In this document: piece by piece, positions 41,547 through 52,906 of the stretch
Position numbering within the stretch: position 1 is the first letter of the stretch
Layout of the letters: each line of letters opens with the position of its first letter
Assembly (NCBI GenBank): GCA_963766715.1
Contig: CAVYBH010000013.1
Location: 32,001 to 96,000 of the forward strand
Direction of reading: 5' to 3'
Source of the DNA: an uncultured delta proteobacterium
GTDB lineage: Bacteria > Myxococcota > Myxococcia > Myxococcales > Anaeromyxobacteraceae
Length of the DNA: 64,000 bases
Notes under the pieces: model-generated
Seen by the model: only the letters and a program-made list of their open reading frames with translations
The model's database searches: none
What the model was told of the DNA's origin: nothing
Made by a program: the position numbers and the translations under genes

Positions 41547-44045
41547 ATGGAACACGCCATCCAAGAGCTCGGGCCCACCGTGGTCCACCAGGCGGGATAC
41601 CTCTGGCTCATCCCGCTCTTCCCGGCCATCGGCGCGCTGATCAACTCGCTCGTCGGCATCCGGATCCAGCGGACCCTGGGCAAGAAGTGGAACCACGGCA
41701 TCGCCATCGCGATGATGACGCTGTCGTTCCTCGTGGCGCTGCGGGCGTTCGCGCAGATGTACGCGCTGCCCGGCAACGAGCGGTTCCTGCAGAACACCCT
41801 CTGGAACATGCTGACGGCGGGCCAGCTCTCGTTCGACCTGGCCTTCGCCCTCGATCCGCTGTCGATGATGATGGTGCTCATCATCACCTTCATCGGCACG
41901 CTCATCCACGTGTTCTCGACCGGCTACATGGCCGACGAGCCCTCGTACTGGCGCTTCTTCGCGTACCTGAACCTGTTCGTCTTCGCGATGCTGCTGCTGG
42001 TGATGGGCGACAACTTCGCGGTGATGTTCTTCGGGTGGGAGGGCGTCGGCCTCGCCTCCTACCTGCTCATCAGCTTCTGGTACACGGACATCGAGAAGGC
42101 CAAGGCCGGCATGAAGGCCTTCGTGGTGAACCGGTTCGGCGACTTCGGCTTCATCCTGGGGCTCTTCCTGCTCTTCTGGTCGCTGGGCGGCATCTGGGAG
42201 CCCCGCGCCGACGCGCGCTCGGTCACCTACGTGCCGGAGATCGGCTACAAGGCCGACCCGGCGGCCTCCAACCTCTTCGAGTCCACCGGCCCCCGGACCG
42301 CCATCGTCCACGGCCACGCCATCAAGCTCGGCCCCACGCTCAACTTCCGCGAGCTCCGCGACCAGGTGGTCATCGAGGGGACCGAGGTCGGCGAGCACCT
42401 GCGCCACCAGAAGCTCTGGGGCATCGCGCTCCTGACGCTGGTCGGCGTGCTGATGTTCGTCGGCGCCATGGGCAAGAGCGCGCAGCTCCCGCTCTACGTC
42501 TGGCTCCCCGACGCGATGGCCGGCCCGACCCCCGTCTCCGCCCTCATCCACGCCGCCACCATGGTGACGGCCGGCGTCTACATGGTGGCCCGGCTCAGCT
42601 ACCTGTACGCCATGTCCCCCAGCGCCATGGGCTGGGTGGCCACCATCGGCGTGCTGACCGCCTTCTTCGCCGCGACCATCGGCTTCTTCCAGTACGACAT
42701 CAAGAAGGTGCTGGCCTACTCCACGGTGTCGCAGCTCGGCTTCATGTTCATCGGGGTGGGCGTGGGCGCGTACTGGGCCGGCACCTACCACCTCCTCACC
42801 CACGCCTTCTTCAAGGCCACCCTCTTCCTCGGGTCGGGCTCGGTCATCCTGGGCTGCCACCACGAGCAGGACATGCGGAAGATGGGCGGGCTGAAGAAGC
42901 TCATGCCCGTCACCGCCTGGACCTACCTGGTCGCGACCTGGGCCATCGCCGGGTTCCCCTGGGCGAGCGGCTTCTACTCGAAGGACGAGATCCTCTGGAA
43001 GGCCTTCACCCAGCGGGGGATGGAGCTCTTCGGGACGCCGACGCCCTGGCTCGGGCCTGCCATCTTCGTCCTCGGCCTCCTGACCGCCACGGCGACCAGC
43101 TTCTACATGTTCCGCAGCTACTACATGACCTTCACCGGCACCTACCGGGGCGGCGAGGGTCACGCCGAGGAGCACGACGAGGATCCGCACTCGGCGCACG
43201 CGGCTCCGCACCACGTCACGGCGGGACACCCGCACGACAACAAGGACCCGGCCCCGGCGCACGGCGGCACGACACGACCACGCGGCCCACGGCCACGCCG
43301 CGCCGGCCTCCGCGCACGTCGCCCACGGGCACGACGCCGGCCACCCGGCGCCCCGGCCCACGCGGCGCCGGCCGACGACCACGGCGCGCACGGCCACCAC
43401 GGCGGCGCCCCGCACGAGTCCCCCCTCTCCATCACCGCGGTGCTGGTGACGCTCGCCACCGGGGCGGTGCTGGTCTCCTTCCTCGGCATCCCGATGCTCT
43501 GGACCGGCCACGAGCCCATCCTCGAGCACTGGCTCGCACCGGCGCTCCCGGCCGAGGTGTCGTTCGCCCACTTCGGGCACGCCACCGAGTGGCTCTTCCA
43601 GGCCATGGGCGTGGGCGCCGCCACCATCGGCTGGTTCCTCGCCATGCGCCTCTTCAAGGACGACAAGAGCCGCGTCCCGCACGACCTCAAGCACCGCTTC
43701 TTCGGCTTCTGGACCGTCGTCTACAACAAGTACTACGTCGATGAGGCCTATCACGCGCTGGTCATCCGGCCGGCGCTGTTCCTGGCCGCGTTCCTGTCCT
43801 GGTTCGACCAGCACATCATCGACTGGATCGTGAACTTCTTCGGCTGGCTGGCCCGCTTCGTCGCGGCCATCGACGACGCCATCGACAAGTACGTCGTCGA
43901 CGGCGCCGTGAATGGCGTGGGAGGACTCACCCGCGAGGGCGGGCGCCTCCTCCGGCGCATCGAGACCGGCCGCATCCAGACCTACCTCTACGGCGCGGCC
44001 CTCGGGTCGCTGCTCGTCGTCTTGCTGAACTTCCTCTTCCGCTAG
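41547..44045 (+). CDS. nuoL: NADH-quinone oxidoreductase subunit L with His-rich insertion (probable compensating indels near 43270 and 43350)
   Basis: GWEGVG, NRFGD, GKSAQLPLYVWLPDAMAGPTPVSALIHAATMV, HAFFKA, GFYSKD, YYVDE. Confidence 0.93.
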   Translation: MEHAIQELGPTVVHQAGYLWLIPLFPAIGALINSLVGIRIQRTLGKKWNHGIAIAMMTLSFLVALRAFAQMYALPGNERFLQNTLWNMLTAGQLSFDLAFALDPLSMMMVLIITFIGTLIHVFSTGYMADEPSYWRFFAYLNLFVFAMLLLVMGDNFAVMFFGWEGVGLASYLLISFWYTDIEKAKAGMKAFVVNRFGDFGFILGLFLLFWSLGGIWEPRADARSVTYVPEIGYKADPAASNLFESTGPRTAIVHGHAIKLGPTLNFRELRDQVVIEGTEVGEHLRHQKLWGIALLTLVGVLMFVGAMGKSAQLPLYVWLPDAMAGPTPVSALIHAATMVTAGVYMVARLSYLYAMSPSAMGWVATIGVLTAFFAATIGFFQYDIKKVLAYSTVSQLGFMFIGVGVGAYWAGTYHLLTHAFFKATLFLGSGSVILGCHHEQDMRKMGGLKKLMPVTAWTYLVATWAIAGFPWASGFYSKDEILWKAFTQRGMELFGTPTPWLGPAIFVLGLLTATATSFYMFRSYYMTFTGTYRGGEGHAEEHDEDPHSAHAAPHHVTAGHPHDNKDPAPAHGGTTRPRGPRPRRAGLRARRPRARRRPPGAPAHAAPADDHGAHGHHGGAPHESPLSITAVLVTLATGAVLVSFLGIPMLWTGHEPILEHWLAPALPAEVSFAHFGHATEWLFQAMGVGAATIGWFLAMRLFKDDKSRVPHDLKHRFFGFWTVVYNKYYVDEAYHALVIRPALFLAAFLSWFDQHIIDWIVNFFGWLARFVAAIDDAIDKYVVDGAVNGVGGLTREGGRLLRRIETGRIQTYLYGAALGSLLVVLLNFLFR

Positions 44046-44057
44046 GAGACCGGCGAC

Positions 44058-45746
44058 ATGATCCGCCCCGACAACGTGCTGGTTTGGGCCACCTTCCTTC
44101 CGGTCATCGGTGCCATCGTCATCCTGGCGCTGATGGTCGTGAGGCACTTCCTCGACCTGCCCAAGAGGTTCGTCGACCAGTCGGCCCGCTGGGTGACGCT
44201 CGTCGCCAGCTTCCTCATGCTGGTGACCTCCGTGATGGCCTGGAACTGGTTCGACCCCAAGGGGCCGGGCCTGCTCGTCCAGGGCAAGGCCACCGGCGTC
44301 CAGCTGGTCAGCCGGGCCGTCTGGATCCGCCCCTTCAACGTCGACTGGTTCGTCGGCGTGGACGGGCTCTCCATCTCGATGGTGCTCCTCACCGGCATCA
44401 TCTCGTTCGTCGCCGCCATCGCCTCCATGCCCTGGTGGCAGGGCGGGTCGAAGGCCATCCACCTGGCCGGGATGGACGAGGACGACCACGGGCACGGCGG
44501 GGACGAGCACCACCCCAAGCACTTCTCGGTCCGCATGGTCCCCGGGTTCATGATCCTGCTGCTGCTGCTCATGACCGGGATGATGGGCACCTTCGTCGCC
44601 CTCGACATGTTCCTCTTCTACGTCTTCTGGGAGGTCATGCTCCTCCCGATGTACTTCCTCATCGGGATCTGGGGCGGCCCGCGCCGGGAGTACGCGGCCA
44701 TCAAGTTCTTCCTCTACACCCTGGCGGGCTCGGTGCTCATGCTGCTCGCCATCATCGCGGTCTACTACCGGAGCCTTCCGGCCGCGCTGGCCGACGGCTC
44801 GATGTCCGCCCGGCACACCTTCAACCTGCTCGAGCTCGCCGCGCAGGGCCGGGCCGGCCAGTTCTCGACGGCGCTCCCCATCCTGGGCTTCGCCTTCACC
44901 AAGATCGTCTTCATCGCGCTCTTCATCGGGTTCGCCATCAAGATCCCGATGTTCCCGTTCCACACCTGGTTGCCCGACGCGCACGTCGAGGCCCCCACGC
45001 CCATCTCGGTCATCCTGGCCGGCATCCTGCTGAAGATGGGCCCCTACGGCATCCTGCGCTTCAACTACGCGCTCCTGCCCGACGCCACCGACTGGGCGGC
45101 CAACGGCATCGCCGTGTTCGGCGTCATCAACATCATCTACGCCGCGTACGTGGCGCTGGCCCAGCGCGACATCAAGAAGATGGTGGCCTACTCGTCGGTC
45201 TCCCACATGGGCTTCACCCTGCTCGGCATGGCCGCCATGACCCCCATGGCCATCTCGGGCGCGGTGCTCAACATGTTCACCCACGGCATCATCGCCTCCG
45301 CGCTCTTCCTCCTCGTGGGCGTGATCTACGACCGCGCGCACCACCGCGACATGGATCGCTTCGGCGGCCTGGCCAAGGAGCTCCCCGAGTACAGCGGGCT
45401 CACCGGCCTCGCCTTCTTCGCGTCGCTGGGCCTGCCCGGCCTGGCCGGCTTCATCGCCGAGTTCATGGTGCTGGTGGGCAGCTTCCCGGTCTTCCTGACC
45501 TTCACGGTCATCGCGGCCACCGCGGTCATCATCACCGCCGCCTACTACCTGTGGGCCATGCAGCGGGTCTTCCTGGGCAAGCTCAACCCGGCCTACGTCG
45601 GCTTCCCCGACGTGAACTGGCGCGAGCGGCTCACGCTCTACCCGCTGGCGGCGTTCATGATCTTCCTCGGCTTCTACCCCCAGTTCATCCTGCACGCGAT
45701 CAACCCCGCGCTGCAGATGCTCATCCAGAACCTGCGCCCGGCCTAG
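44058..45746 (+). CDS. nuoM: NADH-quinone oxidoreductase subunit M
   Basis: GVDGLS, FYVFWE, KIPMFPFHTWLPDAHVEAP, AYSSVSHMG, GLPGLAGFIAEF. Confidence 0.93.
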   Translation: MIRPDNVLVWATFLPVIGAIVILALMVVRHFLDLPKRFVDQSARWVTLVASFLMLVTSVMAWNWFDPKGPGLLVQGKATGVQLVSRAVWIRPFNVDWFVGVDGLSISMVLLTGIISFVAAIASMPWWQGGSKAIHLAGMDEDDHGHGGDEHHPKHFSVRMVPGFMILLLLLMTGMMGTFVALDMFLFYVFWEVMLLPMYFLIGIWGGPRREYAAIKFFLYTLAGSVLMLLAIIAVYYRSLPAALADGSMSARHTFNLLELAAQGRAGQFSTALPILGFAFTKIVFIALFIGFAIKIPMFPFHTWLPDAHVEAPTPISVILAGILLKMGPYGILRFNYALLPDATDWAANGIAVFGVINIIYAAYVALAQRDIKKMVAYSSVSHMGFTLLGMAAMTPMAISGAVLNMFTHGIIASALFLLVGVIYDRAHHRDMDRFGGLAKELPEYSGLTGLAFFASLGLPGLAGFIAEFMVLVGSFPVFLTFTVIAATAVIITAAYYLWAMQRVFLGKLNPAYVGFPDVNWRERLTLYPLAAFMIFLGFYPQFILHAINPALQMLIQNLRPA

Positions 45747-45764
45747 GGCGGGGGGAGACCGGAG

Positions 45765-47300
45765 ATGGACATCCAGCCTCATCTCGTCGCCGAGAACGTG
45801 CGCAGCGCGGGGTGGTTCCGCCCCGAGTTCGTGCTCACCATCGGCACGCTGGCGCTCTTCCTGGCCGACATGGCCTGGAAGAAGAGCGCCGAGCGGGCGC
45901 GGCTCCTCACCTTCGCGACGCTGACCGTCTTCGCGGTGGCGGCGCTCTTCCTGGCGGCGCAGCCGCCCACGCCCCAGTCCCTCTTCAACGGGATGATCGC
46001 GAACGACGCGTTCGCGACCTTCTTCAAGTGGCTCTTCCTGGCCGGCGGCGCGCTCACCGTGCTCATCGCCGCGCCGTCGAAGGCCTACCCGCCCGCGCGC
46101 ATCGGTCCCTTCTACGCGCTGCTCGTCTCCATCGTGCTGGGCCTGTTCCTGATGGCCAGCTCCACCGACATGCTGATGATCTACATGTCGATCGAGCTGG
46201 TCTCGATGGTGAGCTACGCGCTGGCCGGCTACGCCAAGGGCGACCGCAAGGCCGCCGAGGCGGCGCTGAAGTACGTCATCTACGGCGGCGTGGCCACCGG
46301 GGCGATGGTCTTCGGCATGAGCTACCTCTACGGCCTGCTCCAGACCACCGACATCACCCGCTTCGCGGACGCCATGTCCCGGCTGCCGTCCACCTGGCCG
46401 GTCCGTCTCGGGCTCCTCCTGGGGGTGGTGCTCACCGCCTCGGGCGTGGGCTACAAGATCGCGGCGGTTCCCTGGCACATGTGGGCGCCGGACGTCTACG
46501 AGGGCGCCCCCACGCCGTTCACCGCCTTCCTCTCCACCGGCCCCAAGGCGGCCGGCTTCGCGCTCGCCGCCCGCCTGCTCTGGGGCTCGCTCGACGTGAA
46601 GGGCAGCATGGGCGGCCTGGGCGTCGCGGTCGGCAACGTGCCCTGGCCGGCGGTGGTGGGCGTGCTCTCGGCCGTCACCATGACGCTCGGGAACTTCACC
46701 GCCCTCCCCCAGACGAACCTCAAGCGCCTGCTCGCCTACTCCTCCATCGCCCACGCCGGCTACGCGCTCATGGGCATCGCCGCCAACTCCTTCGTGGGGA
46801 CGCAGGCGGTGATGGTCTACATGCTCGCCTACCTGATCATGAACCTGGGGGCGTTCCTGGCCGTGATCGTCGTCGAGCGCTTCAGCGGTTCGCCCTCGAT
46901 CTTCGAGTTCCGCGGGCTGGGACACCGGAGCGCGCTGACCGCGGTCAGCATGGCCATCTTCCTCTTCGCGCTGACGGGGCTCCCGCCCTCGATCGGCTTC
47001 ACGGGCAAGTACTGGCTGTTCGTCGCGGTGATCGACCGGGTCTCCGGGCCGGGCGGCACCTGGTACGCGGTGCTCGCCATCATCGCCGCGCTCAACACGG
47101 CGGTGTCGCTCTACTACTACGCGCGCATCCTGCGGGCGATGTTCTTCGAGGCGCCGCTGACCGAGACCCCGGTCACGAGCCCGATCTCGTACAAGTTCCT
47201 GCTCACCGGCCTGGCGCTCGTCACCGTGCTCTTCGGTATCTGGGTGTCGCCGGTGATGGACTGGACGCGGGCCTCACTGGCCCTGTTCTACCGAGGGTGA
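45765..47300 (+). CDS. nuoN: NADH-quinone oxidoreductase subunit N
   Basis: EAALKY, KIAAVPWHMWAPDVYEGAP, KRLLAYSSIAHAGY, GLPPSIGFTGK, SLYYY. Confidence 0.93.
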   Translation: MDIQPHLVAENVRSAGWFRPEFVLTIGTLALFLADMAWKKSAERARLLTFATLTVFAVAALFLAAQPPTPQSLFNGMIANDAFATFFKWLFLAGGALTVLIAAPSKAYPPARIGPFYALLVSIVLGLFLMASSTDMLMIYMSIELVSMVSYALAGYAKGDRKAAEAALKYVIYGGVATGAMVFGMSYLYGLLQTTDITRFADAMSRLPSTWPVRLGLLLGVVLTASGVGYKIAAVPWHMWAPDVYEGAPTPFTAFLSTGPKAAGFALAARLLWGSLDVKGSMGGLGVAVGNVPWPAVVGVLSAVTMTLGNFTALPQTNLKRLLAYSSIAHAGYALMGIAANSFVGTQAVMVYMLAYLIMNLGAFLAVIVVERFSGSPSIFEFRGLGHRSALTAVSMAIFLFALTGLPPSIGFTGKYWLFVAVIDRVSGPGGTWYAVLAIIAALNTAVSLYYYARILRAMFFEAPLTETPVTSPISYKFLLTGLALVTVLFGIWVSPVMDWTRASLALFYRG

Positions 47301-48171
47301 TCCTGGGTGCGGCGTCGCCGAGGGGCGACGCCGCGCCTCCAGCCGCTCGAGCTCCTCCCGCTTCATCGTCGAGGTCCCCAGGAAGCGGTCGGGGGCCACG
47401 ACCTCCCCGTGGTAGTCGGTCCCCGCCGTGCAGACGAGACCGGCCCAATCGGCCGCCTCCCGGTACTTCGCGGCCTGCTCCGGCGGGTGGTCGGGGTGGT
47501 AGGCCTCGACGCCGTCGAACCCCAGGGCGCGCAGTCGCGGGAGCTCGCCGGGGTTCACCCGGGACACGCCGGGATGGGCGAGCGTGGCCACGCCACCGGC
47601 CTCGACGATCATCTTCACCGCGTCCTCGGCGAGCAGCCGGTACCGGCCGACGTACGCGGGACGCCCCTCCCCCAGGTAGCGGTCGAAGGCCTCCTTGACG
47701 GAGCTCACCGCGCCGGCCGCGAGCAGGGCCCTGGCCACGTGCGGGACGCCCGATGGTCTTCCCCCCGCTGCAGGCGACGATGGCCTCCTCGGTCACCTGG
47801 ACGCCGTGATTCGCCAGGAGTTTCACGATTTTCTGGACCCGGGTGCGCCTGTGCTCGGCGAGCAGGTCCTCGAACGCCCGCAGCGTGGGGTGGTCCGGGT
47901 CGACGAAGTGGCCGAGGACGTGGATTTCCCTCTGGGATTCCCGCCGCTCGTCGAGCAGCGCGGAGAGCTCGATGCCAGGAACGAACCGCATTCCGAGGGC
48001 TTGCGCCGCCTGGGCCGCGGCGGCGAGGCCGGCCACCGTGTCGTGGTCGGTCAGCGCCCAGGTCCGCGTTCCGGCGGCTGCCGCTCTTGCGGCAACCTCG
48101 ACAGGGGCATACTGTCCGTCAGATGCGGTAGAATGAGTATGTAGGTCGATGATACCGTCATCTCGGATCAT
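47274..48171 (-). CDS. PHP-domain metal-dependent phosphoesterase (TrpH/YciV-like; frameshift near 47745)
   Basis: DLHTHSTASDG, ALTDHDT, PGIELS, HVLG, GRPH, LAHP, GVEAYHP, GTDYHG. Confidence 0.85.
47309..47334. terminator. Stem-loop where nuoN and the PHP gene converge (possible terminator)
   Basis: GCGGCGTCGCC-GAGG-GGCGACGCCGC, perfect 11-bp stem; no U tract. Confidence 0.45.
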
Positions 48172-48226
48172 GTCGTTCTCGCCGGTGTCTTCTTAATCCC
48201 CCCGCGGCGGGGCGCAGGGAGTCTCG

Positions 48227-48694
48227 ATGCAGCATGTCCTCCGAATCTCCAGGAAGATCGACTACGCAATCCGGGCGATGATCCACCTGGCGTCCATCCC
48301 GCCAGGTACGGTGGTCCCGTTCCGGGAGATCGGAAAGCAGATGGAGGTCCCGGAGGACTTCCTCGCCAAGATCCTGAAGACGCTGGTGGATCACGGCATC
48401 GTGCGCTCCACCCGCGGCCCGCACGGGGGCTACAAGCTGGCCCGTCCCGCCGAGACCATCAACGTCCTCGAGGTCATCGAGGCCGCCGAGGGGCCCGTGG
48501 CGGTGAACGTCTGCCTGGATGACGACGATGCCTGCAGCCGGCAGTCGTTCTGCACGATGACGTCCGTCTGGCGCGAGGGGCAGGAGCGCATGCTCGAGGT
48601 CTTCCGGCGCACCACGCTGGCGTCGCTCGCGACCCCGCAGGGGCACGTCGAGACCCAGACCGTGAACCTTCCGTCCGTGGTGACCACCACCTGA
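48227..48694 (+). CDS. Rrf2-family transcriptional regulator with three Cys (possible Fe-S sensor)
   Basis: DYAIRAM, FLAKIL, STRGPHGGY, EAAEG, C-x6-C-x5-C. Confidence 0.88.
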   Translation: MQHVLRISRKIDYAIRAMIHLASIPPGTVVPFREIGKQMEVPEDFLAKILKTLVDHGIVRSTRGPHGGYKLARPAETINVLEVIEAAEGPVAVNVCLDDDDACSRQSFCTMTSVWREGQERMLEVFRRTTLASLATPQGHVETQTVNLPSVVTTT

Positions 48695-48776
48695 TTCCCT
48701 GTCGCAGCGGCCACTTGGGCCGATTGCGCGGGAAGCGTTGACGGCGGGCGGCCCCTCCGACAGGATCCGCGCCCGC

Positions 48777-49925
48777 ATGGCCAAAGAGCCCACACCCAAG
48801 CAGCTCCGCAAGCGCTACCTGTCCCGCCCCCCCGTCGAGCCCATGCGGCTCCGGAAGGGGATGTCGGTCGTGGACCTCGTGGACGTCTATCGCCGCGCCG
48901 GCGCCTTCAACGGCGGACGGCTGGCCGAGGGATGCGACCTCTTCGGCCGGATGATCGACTCGGGCGCGACCATCGCCCTCACCGTGACCGGGGCCATGGC
49001 CCCTGCCGGGATGGGCGGCGCGATCCAGGCCATGATCGAGGCCGGGTTCGTCGACCTCGTCATCTCGACGGGCGCGAACCTCTATCACGACCTCCACTTC
49101 GCGCTCGAGCTGCCGGTCGTGCAGGGGCACTTCCAGGTCGACGACCGGGAGCTCTACCGGGCCGGGATCGAGCGCATCTACGACGTCTTCATCACCGAGG
49201 ACTCGCTCCTCGACACCGACGCGTTCGTCCGGGAGGCGCTCGAGAAGGCCCCGCCCGAGCTGCGCGGACGGATCTCGACGCCGCGCCTCCACGATTACCT
49301 CGGGCACCTCGTGCTCGCGAACGCCCCGCAGCCGCAGCGCTCCTGGGTGGCCACGGCGGCGAAGTGCGGCGTGCCGATCTTCACCAGCTCTCCCGGGGAC
49401 TCGTCCATCGGGATGAACGTGGCCGCCATGAAGCTGCGCGGCGGCGAGACCACCATCGACCCCGACCTCGACGTGCTGGAGTCGACCGCCATCGTCTACG
49501 ACGCCAAGCTGAACGGCGTCGTGATCCTGGGCGGCGGGTCGCCGAAGAACTTCTATCTGCAGACCCAGCCCACCCTGTGGCAGATCCTCGACCTGAACCG
49601 GGGCGGCCACGAGTACGTGCTCCAGATCTCCACCGACTCGCCGCAGTGGGGCGGCCTCTCCGGCGCCACGCCCAGCGAGGCCATCAGCTGGGGCAAGGTG
49701 CAGGCCGACATGCTGAAGAACCACGTGGTGGTCTACTCCGACTCCACCGTCGCGGCCCCCATCGTCTTCGCCTACGCGCTCTCCACCCGCAAGCCGCGCA
49801 AGCAGAAGCGGCTCATGGCCCGGCTCGACTCCCTCTACGCCAAGCTGAAGCGCGCCCACGAGGTGCGTCACCCGGGGTCCGACGCCATGCTCGACGTGGG
49901 CAAGGCGACGCGGAAGTCCAGGTAG
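48777..49925 (+). CDS. Deoxyhypusine synthase-like protein (probable homospermidine/polyamine synthase)
   Basis: ATG 48777; TGAMAPAG, STGANLYHDLH, SSPGDSSIG, GGGSPKNF, GGLSGATPSEAISWGK with the active-site Lys. Confidence 0.85.
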   Translation: MAKEPTPKQLRKRYLSRPPVEPMRLRKGMSVVDLVDVYRRAGAFNGGRLAEGCDLFGRMIDSGATIALTVTGAMAPAGMGGAIQAMIEAGFVDLVISTGANLYHDLHFALELPVVQGHFQVDDRELYRAGIERIYDVFITEDSLLDTDAFVREALEKAPPELRGRISTPRLHDYLGHLVLANAPQPQRSWVATAAKCGVPIFTSSPGDSSIGMNVAAMKLRGGETTIDPDLDVLESTAIVYDAKLNGVVILGGGSPKNFYLQTQPTLWQILDLNRGGHEYVLQISTDSPQWGGLSGATPSEAISWGKVQADMLKNHVVVYSDSTVAAPIVFAYALSTRKPRKQKRLMARLDSLYAKLKRAHEVRHPGSDAMLDVGKATRKSR

Positions 49926-49946
49926 CGAAGGGGCGCTCCGGCGCGG

Positions 49947-50666
49947 CTACCGGGGCGGCCGTCGCTGCCGGTCGAGCCGCTCCTGCGCCGCCTCCAGCCG
50001 CTGCCGGAAATCCGGGTCGGCGAGGAGCCGGAGCGCGTCGGGCGTCCGTTCCGTGGCCGTCCTTCCGGCCGACCTCGATTCCTCGAGGAGCGCGCGCACG
50101 CGCGGGTCGTCGACGAGGGTCTTCAGCTCGGGGTCCGAGGCCAGCCGGGACGCGGCGGCCGGGTCTCCGGCCGCCTGGAGGAGCGCCCCCAGCGCCGCCT
50201 CGGCTCGCCGTCTCCAGTCGCCCGGCACGTCGTGCTGGCGCACCAGCCCGGCCAGGTCGCTCCGGGCGATCCCGGCCTGCCAGGCCGCCGGGAGCGACGG
50301 CGCGACGGCATCGGCCACCGCGAGCCCCACCCAGGCCGCCGCCGCCGCCGCGAGGCCTCCCAGGAGCGCGCCGGCCCCCCGGTCGAGCGGCCTGCCCCCG
50401 CCCTCGGGCGCCCGGGCGAGCTTCCGGCCGACGATCGCGACCGCCACCGTGACGAGGGTGAAGAGCAGCACGGCCGCGGCCGGTCGTGCCGCGCCGGACG
50501 GGAGGGCGCGGGCGAGCACGTCGCCGACCGGTGCGGAGAGGTGACGCGCCGCCAGCCACCCCAGCGCGGCGCCGGCGAAGAGGAAGAGCGGACGGATGAG
50601 CCCGGCCACCGCCCCGATCAGGGCGGACGCGGCGAGGAAGGCGAGCACGGCCGCGTCGAGGAGCAA
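49947..50666 (-). CDS. cvpA: CvpA (colicin V production) family membrane protein
   Basis: LDAAVL...GAVAGLIR start and LDRGAGALLGG motif. Confidence 0.7.
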   Translation of the reverse strand: MLLDAAVLAFLAASALIGAVAGLIRPLFLFAGAALGWLAARHLSAPVGDVLARALPSGAARPAAAVLLFTLVTVAVAIVGRKLARAPEGGGRPLDRGAGALLGGLAAAAAAWVGLAVADAVAPSLPAAWQAGIARSDLAGLVRQHDVPGDWRRRAEAALGALLQAAGDPAAASRLASDPELKTLVDDPRVRALLEESRSAGRTATERTPDALRLLADPDFRQRLEAAQERLDRQRRPPR

Positions 50667-50672
50667 GGGCGC

Positions 50673-51224
50673 CTACTTGATCCGGAAGTCCTGCTTGGGC
50701 CGGTTCTTCTCGGCGATGGCGAGCTGCTCCTTGAAGCGCTCGTTGCCGGGCTCGTAGGCGAGCGCCATCCGGAGGTTGCGCTCGGCGGCCTCCCACCGGC
50801 CCGCCTGGGCGTCCGCCAGCGCGGCGGAGAAGAACTTCCGCCCGTTGGGTGTCTGCCCCATCTGCTCGACGGTCCGCCGCTTGGCCGCGTCCTTCACCTC
50901 GGCCTCGTCCTCCTCGGAGAAGCGGAGCTTGCGGGCCCGATCCGGACCGGCCACGTCGGCCGCGTACTTGCGGCGGCGCGCGTCGTCGCGGAGCACGGTG
51001 TAGGCCTCGTTGATGCGCCGGTAGATGCGGGCGACCAGGTCCCGGAAGACGCCATCCTCCACCGCGGCGTAGCGATCCGGGTGGTAGGTGCGGGACTCCC
51101 GGTGATAGGCGGCGCGGATCTCCCCCGGGGTGGCGCCGGACGCGATCTTCAGCACCGCGAAGTAGTCGAGCTGGTCGAGGGCGCCGGCCAGCGTCTCGAC
51201 CTCGATGCGGAAGGAAGCGTCCAT
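50673..51224 (-). CDS. J-domain co-chaperone with C-terminal TPR-like helices
   Basis: DYFAVL, IRAAY, YHPDRY, INEAYTVLRD. Confidence 0.85.
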   Translation of the reverse strand: MDASFRIEVETLAGALDQLDYFAVLKIASGATPGEIRAAYHRESRTYHPDRYAAVEDGVFRDLVARIYRRINEAYTVLRDDARRRKYAADVAGPDRARKLRFSEEDEAEVKDAAKRRTVEQMGQTPNGRKFFSAALADAQAGRWEAAERNLRMALAYEPGNERFKEQLAIAEKNRPKQDFRIK

Positions 51225-51249
51225 CTCGGTTCCGGGCGGAGAGGGCCCG

Positions 51250-52851
<1,602 letters not shown>

Positions 52852-52876
52852 GGACCTTCCGTGCTGGGGGCTAGGA

Positions 52877-52906
52877 ATCGTAGGCGCGCGCGCCGCGCAG
52901 TGTCAA
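52877..52906 (-). promoter_or_regulatory. Putative sigma70 promoter of the Hsp70/J-protein/cvpA unit
   Basis: Minus strand TTGACA-N18-TACGAT, 25 nt upstream of ATG 52851. Confidence 0.6.

Noticed and set aside
41502..46925. 1807-aa antisense ORF and similar long shadow ORFs (for example 51205-54645 and 44084-47698)
   Set aside because: Antisense or off-frame shadows of real genes, expected at high GC3; no recognisable motifs
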